Below, one piece after another: positions 49,840-62,800 of a stretch of DNA of 64,000 nt (its first letter is position 1; the number at the start of each line of letters is the position of its first letter). A program made the position numbers and the translations under genes. The stretch lies in NCBI RefSeq assembly GCF_018977255.1, contig NW_024704743.1:22198001-22262000 (forward strand). The letters are read 5' to 3'. Source of the stretch: Callorhinchus milii. Its lineage: Eukaryota. The notes below the pieces were generated by a model, which worked only from the letters and a program-made list of their open reading frames with translations, made no database searches and was not told where the DNA came from.

Positions 49840-51441
49840 CTACCAACAGGACAAAGGGGAAAACAATTGGGAGTCAGTTTACATCTTGCCAAGGGTTTTA
49901 ATGAGCGCCTGCATTCAAAATATTTTGCATTTCTTTAATATCAACCGGTGTTCATATAGCGGCCTTCACATAGGATGACGTCTTGGAGTGCTTTACAGAG
50001 ATGGGGCCCTCCCCCCGCCAGAGCAAGAGAGAATGGAGAGGGGGAGATGAGTGTGAAGAGACTTATAGCTGAGGTTGAAGACTTGAAGTCGATCAGTTGG
50101 GGGACAAGCAATGACTTGGGTGATGGACCTGCGGAGTTTGGTGCAGAGTTTTACCATCAACTGAACCCACGTTGCAAATATCAACACCAATAGTGGGCAT
50201 AGCAACATAACCCCAACAACAACTGCAACTTATTCAGATTCTTTTATTGGTGGAAGTCGTGCAAACCTTTAAAGATATGGGAGTGGATAGGCAACAGAGA
50301 GCTGGAGGGAATACTATCAAAAAGGTAGTGTAATTTTTTTTATATAGAAGCTATTGTGTAAGCAGAAAGGCGGAGGGAAAACGAGAGGGAATACTGTGTC
50401 TAAGTGAGCAGCATTCTTTGCCTTGGTAATATTCCAACATAACTGTTTCCCTCCCTCTCTTTCATTGTGAGTCATGAGGCATTCTTTGAAGTTCGTTGTT
50501 ATTAATTTCACTCTGGACCAGGGTATTAAAGGCCATTCCTTATTTACAATATAAAAAGAGCTGGGAGACTGGGAGCATTGTATAAGGTTGGAGCTCGAGT
50601 GTTGGTGGGAGGCAGTGAATGAGACTACAGGACTCGCTGAGCTTCGATGTGAGCGTGGGATTTAAACGCAGCTAATGGCAGGTGATTTGGAGCATGTGGC
50701 AATTGCTTGTGTCCTCCGCCCACATCCACCATTGGGTGTCAATTTAAGCAGTTGAAAGAGAGAGTCAGTCTCACCATTCAGGAACCATTTTATTAATAAC
50801 AATAATTAATCAGAAAGAGAAACTACCTTTCACCACGTTCTGGCTTCTCCCTCCCCATCCCCATGTTGCTGGCTTGTGCTGGGTACCATTCTGGGGGTAT
50901 CAGTCATCACGTGTGAGCCCAAACAATGAGTGTTGCCAAGCTATTCAACACTGGGGACAGCCCCACCCAGCACCTCTCCACTGTTGGCTCAGTATCTGTA
51001 TCAAAGAAACCTGGGTCGTTCGAGCCTGCAATCCTGGCTAATATTCCTTCCTCACCCAAATTCACTTCCAAAAGACTGATCAACTGGCTCCTCATCTAGT
51101 TGCTCGCAGGATGTTGCTGGATGCAGATTAGTTGCCACATTTGTCTATGCCCAACAATCCCACAAATAAAATTGATCACTCATTTTATGGCTGTTTGTGG
51201 GACACTGCTGTGCACTGATTGTCCTCTGGGTTAGTCCCCATAATACACAGTCTCTCCACTTTACAGTAAAATCCTGTGAAGCACTTTTAAGCGTGCTCCC
51301 AGCATGAAAGCCGCTACATCAATGCAAGGTTTTTTACACCGTGTAAACTCACTTCATCACTAACTATGTGAAATGCTAACAAGAATTAATTCAGTGTGAA
51401 TGGCACTGTACAAATGAGTGGTGCTGCTGTTTTATATCTTC

Positions 51442-52768
51442 CCTCGTCCTCCTCGACCTATCGGCAGCATTCGATACGGTCGACCACACTATCCTCCTCC
51501 ACCGCTTGTCCTCCCACCTCAACCTTCAAGGCCCTGTCCTCGAGTGGTTTAGGTCGTACCTCTCCCACCGTCTTCATTTTGTTTCCACAAACAGCTTTTC
51601 CTCCAGCCCCCACACTGTCTCGTGCGGTGTCCCTCGGGGCTCTGTCCTCGGTCCCCTCCTCTTCACCCTCTATATGCTCCCCCTCGGTGACATCATCCGC
51701 AGACATGGGGTTAACTTCCACATGTATGCAGATGACACCCAACTCTACCTTTCCTCCTCTACCCTCAACTCCACGACCACCGATGTCCTGACAGCTGCCT
51801 GTCCGTCATCGAGTCCTGGACGAGAGACAACTTTCTTCAGCTCAACGCGCGCAAAACTGAGGCCCTCCTGATTGGCTCACGTCAGCGCCTCCGCACCTCA
51901 GGCGCCGACACCATCAGCATTCAAGGCTGCACTCTCCACCTCTCAAAGCCGGTCAGGAACCTCGGGGTTCTGTTCGACCCTGAGCTGTCCTTTCTCCCTC
52001 ATATCCGCGCCACAACTGGCACCGCCTTCCATCACCTCCGGAACATCGCCAGACTACGGCACTACCTCACCCCTCACGCTGCTGAAACTCTGGTCCATGC
52101 CTTTATCATTTCAAGGCTGGACTATGGGAACTCTCTCCTCGCCGGCCTTCCCGCCACCTCCCTCCACAAGCTGCAGGTCATTCAGAACTCTGCAGCTCGT
52201 GTACTGTCCCGCACCAGGCTTCGCGACCACATCACTCCCACCCTCGCTCGCCTCCACTGGCTTCCCATCCCCCAGAGGATCGAATTCAAGATCCTCATCC
52301 TCACCTACAAGGCCATTCACGGCCTCGCTCCCTCCTACCTCTCCGACCTACTATCCCCCTACCTACCTGCCCGTACCCTCCGTTCCTCTGGCTCCGATCT
52401 GCTCCACATCCCCCGCCCCAACCGCCCTACCATCGGTGGCCGGGCCTTCAGCCTCTCAGCCCCGAGGCTCTGGAACTCCATCCCCCAGTGCCTTCGCCGC
52501 CTCCTCCCTTTCCTCCTTCAAGGCCGGTCTCAAGACCTTTCTCTTTGACCGTGCCTTCAGCTCCCCTCTCAACTCTCTACCCCTTCCTCGCTCTCTCCCT
52601 TCCCTCCCCTCACCCTGACCATTTCCCCCCTCCTCGCTCCCTCCCTCCCCTCCCCTCACCCTGACCATTTCCCCCCTGCTCGGGTCCTGACCCAACTGTC
52701 CAGCGCCTTGGGACGTCCTCCCGACGTGAAAGGCGCTCTATACATGGAATCGTGTTGTTGTTGTTGTT
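51442..52768 (+). mobile_element. L2-clade LINE, 5'-truncated, near-identical to 16827-18410 in opposite orientation
   Basis: [10 protein letters not shown] and YADDTQLY motifs, with the same 3'UTR and (GTT)n tail as the other copy. Confidence 0.95.
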
Positions 52769-55444
52769 CCCAGAGCCAACATTAATAATAACAATCCTTG
52801 CATTTCATATAGAACCTTAGTGTTGAGTCATCTTAGAGCACTTCACGAATATATTGTAGAGTGTGTATTTTCAGGGCGCAGCCAAATGCATACAGCAGTA
52901 TCCCACAAACAGTCGTGGATTGATTGACCACATTTTTTTTGAAGGATTATTACCCCTGGAAAGCGATCCCCCAATCGACTAACATTCCAGAGAAAGATTG
53001 TCCAAAGTTGCTAATTAAAGACACATGTGTGAAGAAAATAGGTGGAGACGGAGAAATGGGAATTAGGTGGTCTCCTCTTGTGGTGGTCTACGTCATCTGA
53101 CTCCTGAGCCAAGGGGTACAGCAGAGCACTGCTGATGACAGCACAGCTCATTGGCAGGACTTGGAAGACCAGACCAGTCACTGGGGGCAGGGAAGCATCC
53201 CACTCAGCTCCTATTAACCCTGTAAGTCAAAGCTCTAAAGGTGATCAGAGGTACAGTTAACCTGCAAAGAAAGTTGAAGGGTTTTGAAAGCAGAGAGGAA
53301 AGCTGGGAATCAGAGGAGTTGGGCAGTTTCAGAGAGCACGGTCAAAAGGGTCGAAAGCTCATCCGCTAATGGAGAAGAGGACATGGTGAAGTTGGCATCT
53401 TGTTTACAAAATGAGATTAATTCAAAATAAAGTGCTTGTTGTTATGCAGGCAAACGACAGCGATGACGATTAATCACAAACCCAAAGAACAAACTGAAGT
53501 AAAATCACTTTGAAGCATTTCATTCATTATAGCGGCTGCAAATTAATCCCCGAAAACAGCAATATCTATCTAGTCTTCCCTCCGTTGGAACTGCATCTCT
53601 TACCTTCCAGCACAGCACAGTGCAAGATGCATTCATGGTAAGAGTGCAGTGATTTTTTTTTGTCAGCCGAGTGTCTCGCACATGTGAAAACGCATCATCA
53701 TGATTAAGAGTATCCAAACCAAGCTGAGAATTTCATGCATCCCACCTACACGTGAAAATCTCAGAGATAGATCGTTGGAATGGATGCGTGCACTCCCTCC
53801 CTGGAGGGACACATCCTGCTTACCTAATTCCGGAAAGTATGAAGCTCAGGTTGGCAAGAGCCAAGGATAGGGGACCCCACAGAGTGCGTTGGGGTACTGA
53901 GTGCAATGAAATACAGTCTCTGCGGGCAGAAAGCAAGAGCACCGGCCCTTTAATTTGTAATAAGCTTTACGTCCCGAGTGGATGAGAAATCTGCTTTCAG
54001 CATCTGGCTCGAAGCTTCCCCATTGTTTCCAGTACTGGGTCAGCGGGGTTTTGATCTCTGAAACAGCTGGGACCCCATCTGTGTATAAAGCGCCAGATAC
54101 AGATGACAAGGAAGGTGTGGTGTACAGAGGCAGGGGGTTTGTTGGGGGAGAAACGTGGATGCAGAGTTCAAAATCAAACTGAAAGTGCGAATGGCATTTA
54201 AAAGCAAGGGACGTTGTATTTTAATGCTGGGTAAGCACAAGGATAAAAGCTATCCTTGTACTGACGCCCACAGAAACTATGCTGTATGGAAACACTGTAA
54301 ATCAAATGTGAAAGCTTTGGGTTTTATTCCTATGCCGAACAGAACTGTTCCACTTTACGACAATACTCCTCCTACAAATGGCATCCATGTAAAACAGCGA
54401 GGACAGACCAACATAATCTAAGTTGACTATATTCTATATTGTAAAAAAATGAAGTTTTAGTATTTTTCTACTGACTTAAGCACACTCTCTTGTTTCTCCT
54501 CTTCTCCCCAACCCAGATACAGACCAATTATCAGGTGAGCAAGGAGGAAGGGATCAGGAGGATGTAATCCACTCGTAGGGGGTAGGGAGGGTGGGGTGTG
54601 TCAACAACAACATAAACCATGTGAATGAAGGCAGTGCTGTCCCTGATGCAATTGGGGAGAGAGATTAATTGCTGAAATAACAAGGGCAAACACACAGCAG
54701 TTTGCCAAACTCCCGAGCAAGGACTCAGCTCCATGTTTCAGGTAAAACTAGTCCCCAGAAGCCGTTCTTTGGTTTGACTGACATCGACAGCAAAACTATT
54801 TTAATGCTGAAGGAAAAATATCAAGAGGATTTGGGGGAGGAGGAGGGGAACGGGGGAGGAGAGGGAGAGAACAGGGCAGATTGCTCTGGAGTCCTGTAGT
54901 AGTTAGAGCACTCGCCTCACAAGCGAGAGGACGCAGGTTCGATTCCCGGGCAGGGCAAAACCTTAAACAAGTTTCCTTACTCCACACGCCTCTGTTTACC
55001 TAGCACTAAATAGGGACCCAGCTATTAATCCATTGGCAGACCGCTTTCCGGGGTAATTATCCCTTCAAAAAAATAATAATAATAATTTGGTCACTGCAAT
55101 GCGCAATTAGTTACCGCATTTCACCCGCATAATATACAGTCAATTCACTTTACAGTATATTCTGTGACACGCTTTGAGATGTCTCAACAACGTGATAAGG
55201 AACTATATCAAATGCAAAGATTATTATTATCTGCTCCAGCGGGGAACTAAACACCAGCGTGGACAGGCTGTGCTGTAAACTTTCTGTGATTTCAGATTCC
55301 CGCTATCTTTTCATTTTACTCTGGGATGATTTCCAGATTTGTAATCCTTCCATATTATCTGCTGCGACTACTATTCAGGATGCATGCTGGATATTAAATT
55401 ATTTACTTTTTTTTAATAAAATAAGAAAGTGTGCTGTGGTTTAA

Positions 55445-55760
55445 ATGACCCAAGAAAGATTGAACAGGCTGCAGCTTTTCTCTCTGTAGATGAGATTATT
55501 GAGAGAAGACCTGATGGAGGTGTTTAAGGCTAAGAAAGGGTTTGATAAGGCTGATGTTGATAGGCTTGTTGGTCAGCCCAGAGGGCATAAACATTAGACA
55601 ACTAAGCTAGATTTAACAGAATTTCGGAGGAATCGCTTCACCCAGAGGATAGTGAGAATGTGGAAGTTACTGCTGGAGTATGTGGTCAAAGCAAAAACAG
55701 CACTCTATTTAAGAGAAATCTTGATGCATATATGAGGGAGAAAGAAATACAGGAGTATAC
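55445..55760 (+). mobile_element. CR1-clade LINE 3' fragment (other CR1 remnants at about 7570-7970 -, 28268-28490 +, 41070-41400 -, 56850-57200 -, 63395-63580 +)
   Basis: Degenerate RL..L.LFSL...RLR.DL.EVFK..KG.D ... F.QR.V..W..L C-terminal CR1 motifs. Confidence 0.75.
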
Positions 55761-58700
55761 ATCCTTCCGATATGAAAAGCGTTATATAACTGTAATTTGT
55801 TGTTGTTCAGGAGAGGGAAGCCACAGATGGAGATCTGTGTGGACAATAAACAACAGCACGGACTAGTGGCCAAATGCTCCGCTTATGTGATGAATCACTC
55901 TACATAACAGTAAGAGGAGAGGTTTGGTTGAACCTGAAGGAGCATTTTAATGCTGAAATAAAAATAAATTGCTGGAAATACACTGTAGTCTGATCAGGAA
56001 AGGCAGGCTAACGTTTCTCATGAGGGGCCACACTTGAGACGTTGAGATGTCTGTGTCTCTCAGATGCTGATCAGGCAGCTGTACATTTCCAACATTTACT
56101 GCAACAACTGGCACTTTATATATAACCCCCATCATAGCAGATATATCTCAGAACACTTCACAACGACAAGGCAGGGGGCCATTGGCACAGTCAATGTGGC
56201 AGATTTTAAAGCAGAATTTACACACAGACAGAGAGTGTGGCCGGGTGGGTCCAGAAGTTAGGGGCGTAATAACCGAAGGCTCAGCCATCAATAGGGGAGC
56301 AGGTGGGCTGTGGGATGTGCAGCAGGCCTGAATTAACTGAGTGAAGGGGGCGAGCAGAAGAGTGGGGTAGGAGAAAATAAAACAAATAGGGAGGTCCCAA
56401 GTTTATTTTGGGAGTTAGTAAGTTTGCTTCAGATTTCCCACACTTGCAGATTTGCTGGGGCCACCGTCAACTCCCCGAAGGGCCATTTTTCATTGGAAAA
56501 TCCAGTTAATGAGTGTCGGCATTTATGTTATTCAGTTGTGAAGGACAAAGGGTAATTTCAGGACAAATGCCAACAAGTCTTTCTTTATCCAGAGTATAAT
56601 TAACAACTGGAGCAGGTTGTCGGGTTTAAGCGCTCCGAGGCGCTACCCTGTGTGAAAGGCGCTACATAAATATAAGTTATTATTATTTGAGAAATTGCAT
56701 CTGAACCTGATAGTGCCCTCGCTGCACATCAGCACACAATATCCCGCAACAGTCACAAAAGATCAAATAATAATAATAACAATGATCCTTGCATTTGATC
56801 TTTATCACCTGGTTGAGAGGACTGTCTGTGTATTTTAGGAGGTTTAGAGAAGAAAGCCCTTGCATCTGATCTCATCCTTTCAGAACCCATCCCTAGTATC
56901 TGAACCCCTCACCAATCGCGGAATCAAGCTGCTTTTTAAAAGAGTCCATTGTCCAGGCCTCTACCACCACCCTTCTTGGCAACTTGTCCCAGTTGTTAAT
57001 CACCCTCTGGGTAAAGGATGACTTCCTGGTGTCTGTCCTAACACTTCCCTTTGCAACTCTAAATTCATTTGAATAATTCTCTTAAAAGTTCTCCTATTTT
57101 AGAGCATCCTAAACTATTGTTCTGGGATTACTTTTTCAATCCCATTTAAAATGTTATACATCTCTCTGAGGTCACCTCTGAGTTGTCTTCTCTCAAGACA
57201 AGTAATTTAAAATCACTTCCAAAGAGAAAGAAATTGCATTTTTATAGTGCCTTTGAAGGTCAAAACATCTCAAAGCATTTCACACTCGTAAATGAAAAGT
57301 GTAGTGACTCGAGTTTGACAACAACTAATAAACGGGTTGCACAATTCTCTGATCCAAAATCTGAGTAATGCTCAGAGCTGTGCTAACCGGTACTAAATGC
57401 TCGATAAGACACATGGCCATCTCTATATTATATTAAAAAAATTAAAAATGTAACACCCAAGAACTTTTAAGGAGTCATTTCTGAGCGAGCAAATTCCCAC
57501 CATTGGTATTAATACCAAAGTATTTTGAACCAATGGCCAGGCAAAAGCATCTTCTCAAGACCTACCTCTTTGACCCCTCCCCAATCCGTTGGCTTTCATC
57601 CCTAGCTTGAATCCCAAGCCAGCAGTGCTAAATGCTTGGGACATCTTCCTGACGTGAAAGGCCATGACGTGACTAAAGATGTACATTTTATTGTATCTTC
57701 TTAAGGTGGTCTTGACAACTGAGCCAGGATGAAAACAGAACTGAGAGCCACCCTTTGTGTGGCAGGAAATTGAGTTTGTGCCTCATTACCATTGATTCAC
57801 TGGGAAATGATCTGTTACTGATGACAGGGAATTGGATTGAGGTTTGTGGAATAAACAAGTGAAACAGGATTGAGTTTTGTAGAAGCAACTGAGTGTTGTG
57901 TTGCCTATCCCTCGCTGGTTTGACTGGGACAGAAGCCTAAACTGCCAGGTTTGTAGACACGGCAGTGGATGTTACAAAACTGGATGACCGCATGTTCACC
58001 TCAAATCAGACACAAAAGAGCCATTAAGGCAAAAGTCACATCATGAAATCAAGGCTGATTTAATTCTTTCTGCATTCTTTAATTGGGTGAAATAATCGGG
58101 GTGGGGGGAAAGGGGTAGAGGTAGCCTGAGTGAGGCACTGTTCCCTCCACCTTATCCTGCTCCTTGACAGGACGTAAACTAATAATAATACATAATCCTT
58201 ATATTTGATATAGTGCCTTTCACATTGGGAGGATGTCCCAAAGCACTTCACAGGATATACCATAAAGTGCAGTGACTGTGTATTTATGGGTGAATGCGGC
58301 AGCCAATTTGTGCACAGTAATGCCCCACAAACAGCCACGCAGTGAATGACCAATTTTATTTTTGTGTAAATAAACACTGAATATCACAAGAGATCTTCCC
58401 ATTACAGCATTCTAGAGCCCTCGCCTCAAACACCCTTCCTCAGTGTTTTGTTCAACCCTCAACTCATCTGGTCTCTGACTACAATACAATACAAATAATT
58501 TATATAGCACCTTTCATGTTGGCAGGACATCCATGAAAGGTACTATATAAATGTGCTTAATATTTATATAGTATCTATTAGCTATTGTGCTTACCAGTAT
58601 TGTTAATAAGTGCTTAACAATACTGGTTTGGCACATAAGCTGGGGGTGGGATCAAGGGGGAAGGGAGGGGAGAGATGCTCAAAAGCACGGTCAAAGGGGC

Positions 58701-59193
58701 CATCTGCACAACCTCTGGCCCACTTTAGTGCAGGCTGTTTGCAAGAGCCCAGCACAGGTCTCGACTGTGGCCAAGTAATTGTACTGTCTCGGTCTGCTGG
58801 ACCAGGAGCAGTGCTCGCTCGCCCCTTGATGCTGGGATTCATACAGTGCCCTCATTGAATTGACAGCTCTACACTGGGTCATCTATGCGCAAATCTATAG
58901 CTACCTCATCTATAAAAGCACAGTCACTGAACGACACACAAACCGTGAAGCGCTCCGAGACGTTTGCCGTGAAAGGCGGCTTTACGGAACGCAACGGTTA
59001 TTGTTTGATTGTCTTCAATGATCTGAGTGCCGCTCTCTTTGAAATATTTGAGAGCTTGGGCTGCTGCCACTTGTGTATAGTGCGACTTCCAGCACCTGTG
59101 CGCTGTGACTGAGCGAGCGACAAGGAGCTCTGTTGCCTCTCAATCAAACGCACGATCATGCTGACAACAAACAAGTGAACTAGTTAAACTTAC

Positions 59194-59450
59194 CAGCAGC
59201 CGCGGCAGCAGACTGCTGAGCCACACAATTACCTGAGCAACCAAGACAGCTTCGGTCCCTTCCGTGTTGCTAAGCCTGACTGATGTATTCCATTTGTGGG
59301 ATCGGGTGTCAGGCAGTGGCAGAAGCTGTTTGATTCAGCTCTGCGCCATGTTTGGTGCCTACAAATGCACTGCGCAGCTATGCCGTGCACGTAAATAATG
59401 CAAGCGGTCCCCAGCCCACAGTGAGACGCAAGCCATTTATTAGTAAAGGA
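59194..59450 (-). promoter_or_regulatory. Candidate internal promoter / alternative first exon of a short ELMO1 isoform
   Basis: CpG-richer block free of transposable elements. It ends in strong donors CTG|gtaagt (59194) and CAG|gtaatt (59233), and contains an AACATGGCG (YY1-like) motif and a TAGCAAC (RFX half-site) motif. Confidence 0.4.
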
Positions 59451-59821
59451 GGCAAGTCAGGCTTGAGTGACTTTAGTTGACACTCGGTTCTGCATCACCG
59501 GGTTTTTGCTTAATGTGCTCACTTGCTTATTCCACAATCCTCCCGCGTCTCCCGACCAGGAGGTTGCCGCTGAGGAGGAAATGCATCAAGAACTTTCCAG
59601 AGCAGCCCCGCGCGAGGTCGACAACTAAATGATTAACTCCCGTATGTACATGAGCCGCTAGACCAGTGTCAACCCACTTTCGCTCCCTCGATGTCCACTC
59701 TGGGGCCACACGCAAGATCACCAAGTGACTGTCAATGCCTAACATTTCCGATACTAGGTCTTCTCTGAGACTACTGTGCAAACCAGACACTTCCTCACAG
59801 GTAGAGATACCCCCACCCCCA

Positions 59822-59853
<32 letters not shown>

Positions 59854-62800
59854 ACACAACGAGACCTATGGTAATAGTCAATATAGTTTTAAAGAAAGAA
59901 GTTTAAATCACTTAATAGAAACAGTGATATCCCCATTTCCTAATTGTGTCCTCTCACCTTTTTTGGAGAGCAACTAAAGAGGGGAAAAAGCCACTGAATC
60001 ACAGTTCAGCCAACATCCCAGAGCTGGTCTCAGCCCCGTGATGAACGGAGGTCTCAAATAACACGGAGCAACAAATAGGCTGAGGTCACAGGAGAAGGCG
60101 CAAAACAACAACATCTTGCACTTAGATATTACCTTTCACGTAGGATAACACCTCAAAGCACTTTGCAAATACGATGGGAATCCCAAACTGGGGGGGAATC
60201 TGAGAATAAATAATAATAATATTCCTTGCATTTGATATAGTGTCTTATATAGTCCTGTAGCTCAGTGGTTAGAGCACTCGCTTTGCAAGCGAGAGACCCA
60301 AGTTCAATTCCAGGCAGGGTGAAACCTTGGGCAAGTTTCCTTACTCCACACGCTTAATAATAATCCCTCCAAAACAAAAAACAATAATAAATTGGTCATT
60401 TTCAATCTACGACTGTTTGTGGGACATTGCTGTGCGCAATTGGCTGTCGCGTTTCGCCCACAAATATGCAGTCAATTCACTTTACAGTATGTTCTGTGAA
60501 GCGCTTTGAGACGTCTAGAAGACGTGAAAAGCGCTATATCAAATGCAAGGATTATTATTGTTATTATTATTATCATGTCTTCAAGATGTCTCAAAGCGCT
60601 TCACAGAATGTTCATCAAAGATATACTGGTGTCCTGGCCGATGACCCCCAGGTACAATGTGAGGATTATTCTTATCATTAAGAGAGTATTGAAGGCAGGG
60701 AGAGGAGGCGCAAAGCAAGGGGTTTCAGGACCCAGTTCCAGAGTGCACATCCACAGAGGATGAAAACTCGGCCACCAATAGAGGGAATGAGGAGCGAGCA
60801 GTAGACCAGGGATGGAGTAGCAGAGAGTTTAGGCAGGGGAATGAGGCTGGAATTGCAAATGTCCCTGGACTATCATGAGTGCACTATCCAATTCACTGGG
60901 GAAAGTGGGAAAGTTTATTAAATCCACACTTTGCTGCTTCAATTAGTGGAGCACAGCCAGCAATGCAAAACCTCTCAAGTTAATTTCTGCAAAATCTATT
61001 TCAATTTTAGAATAATATATTACTTCTGAATTTGGTGACAGAAAACACCACCAAAAACATCCTTTATAAATGCTGCACTTGGAGCATCCAAAATTTGTAG
61101 CTTTTCAGGTCGAAGGCCATCTGTTAAATGAATGTATAATTTACATTTTGAATCAATTAAATTCTTAATGTTTAATGTTCTCCACCATAAGCAAGCTTTG
61201 GACTCTCTATGATTTTATCCTGCATATTTTGCTGCCTGGGCTGAGATTTATTTAATATTTCACATGTTCCTCCTGTGGAAACTCGGGATTCATTCTCTTC
61301 CCAATTCATTTTTATTTCAGCGGTTCACCAGAGAGAAAAATCAGATGAAAAAAAGGCTTCTTCTCCCACACAATTACAAGGCTAATAAAAAAACACTCCT
61401 GAAAATGGATGAATTGCACCAATTCAATTAGTCTTGCAGGCTGGTTGCTAAGCTCCTCAGACATAGACACACACTCACACACACAAATAGGTTTAATTAT
61501 TGCTCTCAGATATTTAACACACTGGGCACAAGTGATCAACGAGTAGGAACTCAATGCACTGAGCTGAACAGGTGGTAACGCGCTCCATCAATCCGTGTCT
61601 TGAATTATAATAATAATCCTTGCATTTGATATCGCGTCCTATCACGCCGTTGAGGCGTCTCAAAGAGCTTCACAAGAATATACTGTAAAGTGGATTGACT
61701 GTATATTTTGTGGCCGAAACACAGAAGTCAATTGTACACAGTAATTTATAATTAATTCAATTCTGATGAAAGGCTATAGATTTTGACATTGTACAAATTC
61801 TCATCAGGTTATTTATCTATAGGGATCTTTAGAGTCAGCTTTGACCAATTTTCACTATAAATACACAGATTTTTTTCGGTTGAAAATTGATCGGTTAAAA
61901 ATAAACTCCCCCTCCCTCCCCCAAAATCTTTTAGGCAGAGTTCAAACCCCCTTAAACAGAGAGAAGAGAGTGCAAGAGATGGGGGTTGCGGGGGAGAGAG
62001 TCAAAACAGACAGTTACGACAGATAGGCAGACAGACAGACAGATGGTTAGGAGACAGATAGTTAAGGGAAAGAGATACACACACACGCGCAAATGAACCA
62101 ACCAACCTACAGCCAAGAGACAGAGGTGGGCAAGACAAGAGAGATGAAAGCTTTCATCCCATCAGTTGGGACTTGATTCATACGTGGGTCCCTGAGGTGG
62201 AAGGGCACTGTGCTGATTTCCCCATCCACATCCCAGCTTCACTCACAACCAATTACCAGGAACAGCAAGAGGTGGCAACATACCCATTTCAAAAGCTGAA
62301 AGCAACTTGAAACCTGTTCTCACAATGGGCAGTGCTCATACTTCCAGTAAACCGCCGGTGTGCAATTATTATTCGACAACCACAGACCACTTTCGCATTT
62401 TTTGTGTTAAAGAGATTCACCAAAACCGTACGAAGTTACAAGTTACATTAAATGTTAATGCAGCATCCTCGGAATAATCAAGAGAACGCTACACAGACAG
62501 AGTACTTACGAGCAGGCACTCGGATCATTTCCCAGTCACAATAGTGACAAGCTCGGAAACGCAGGCACACTACACTCCCTGGAACACTCAATTTTGCAGT
62601 CTCCAAAACAACATAACTCCATTCCTGCCAGTTTGTGTGAGCTCAGGCTGGAGACAAGCTTCTCCGGGCCTGGCCTGGGGACCTTGGAAGAGGAGGAGGA
62701 AGATATGTGGAAGAGAATTTGGCAAAAGTTGGAGATAGGTAGGGTTTTGGGGGAAGAAATAGTGATTTTACTGATTATTGAGGTGGCTTTTCCATGTCGT

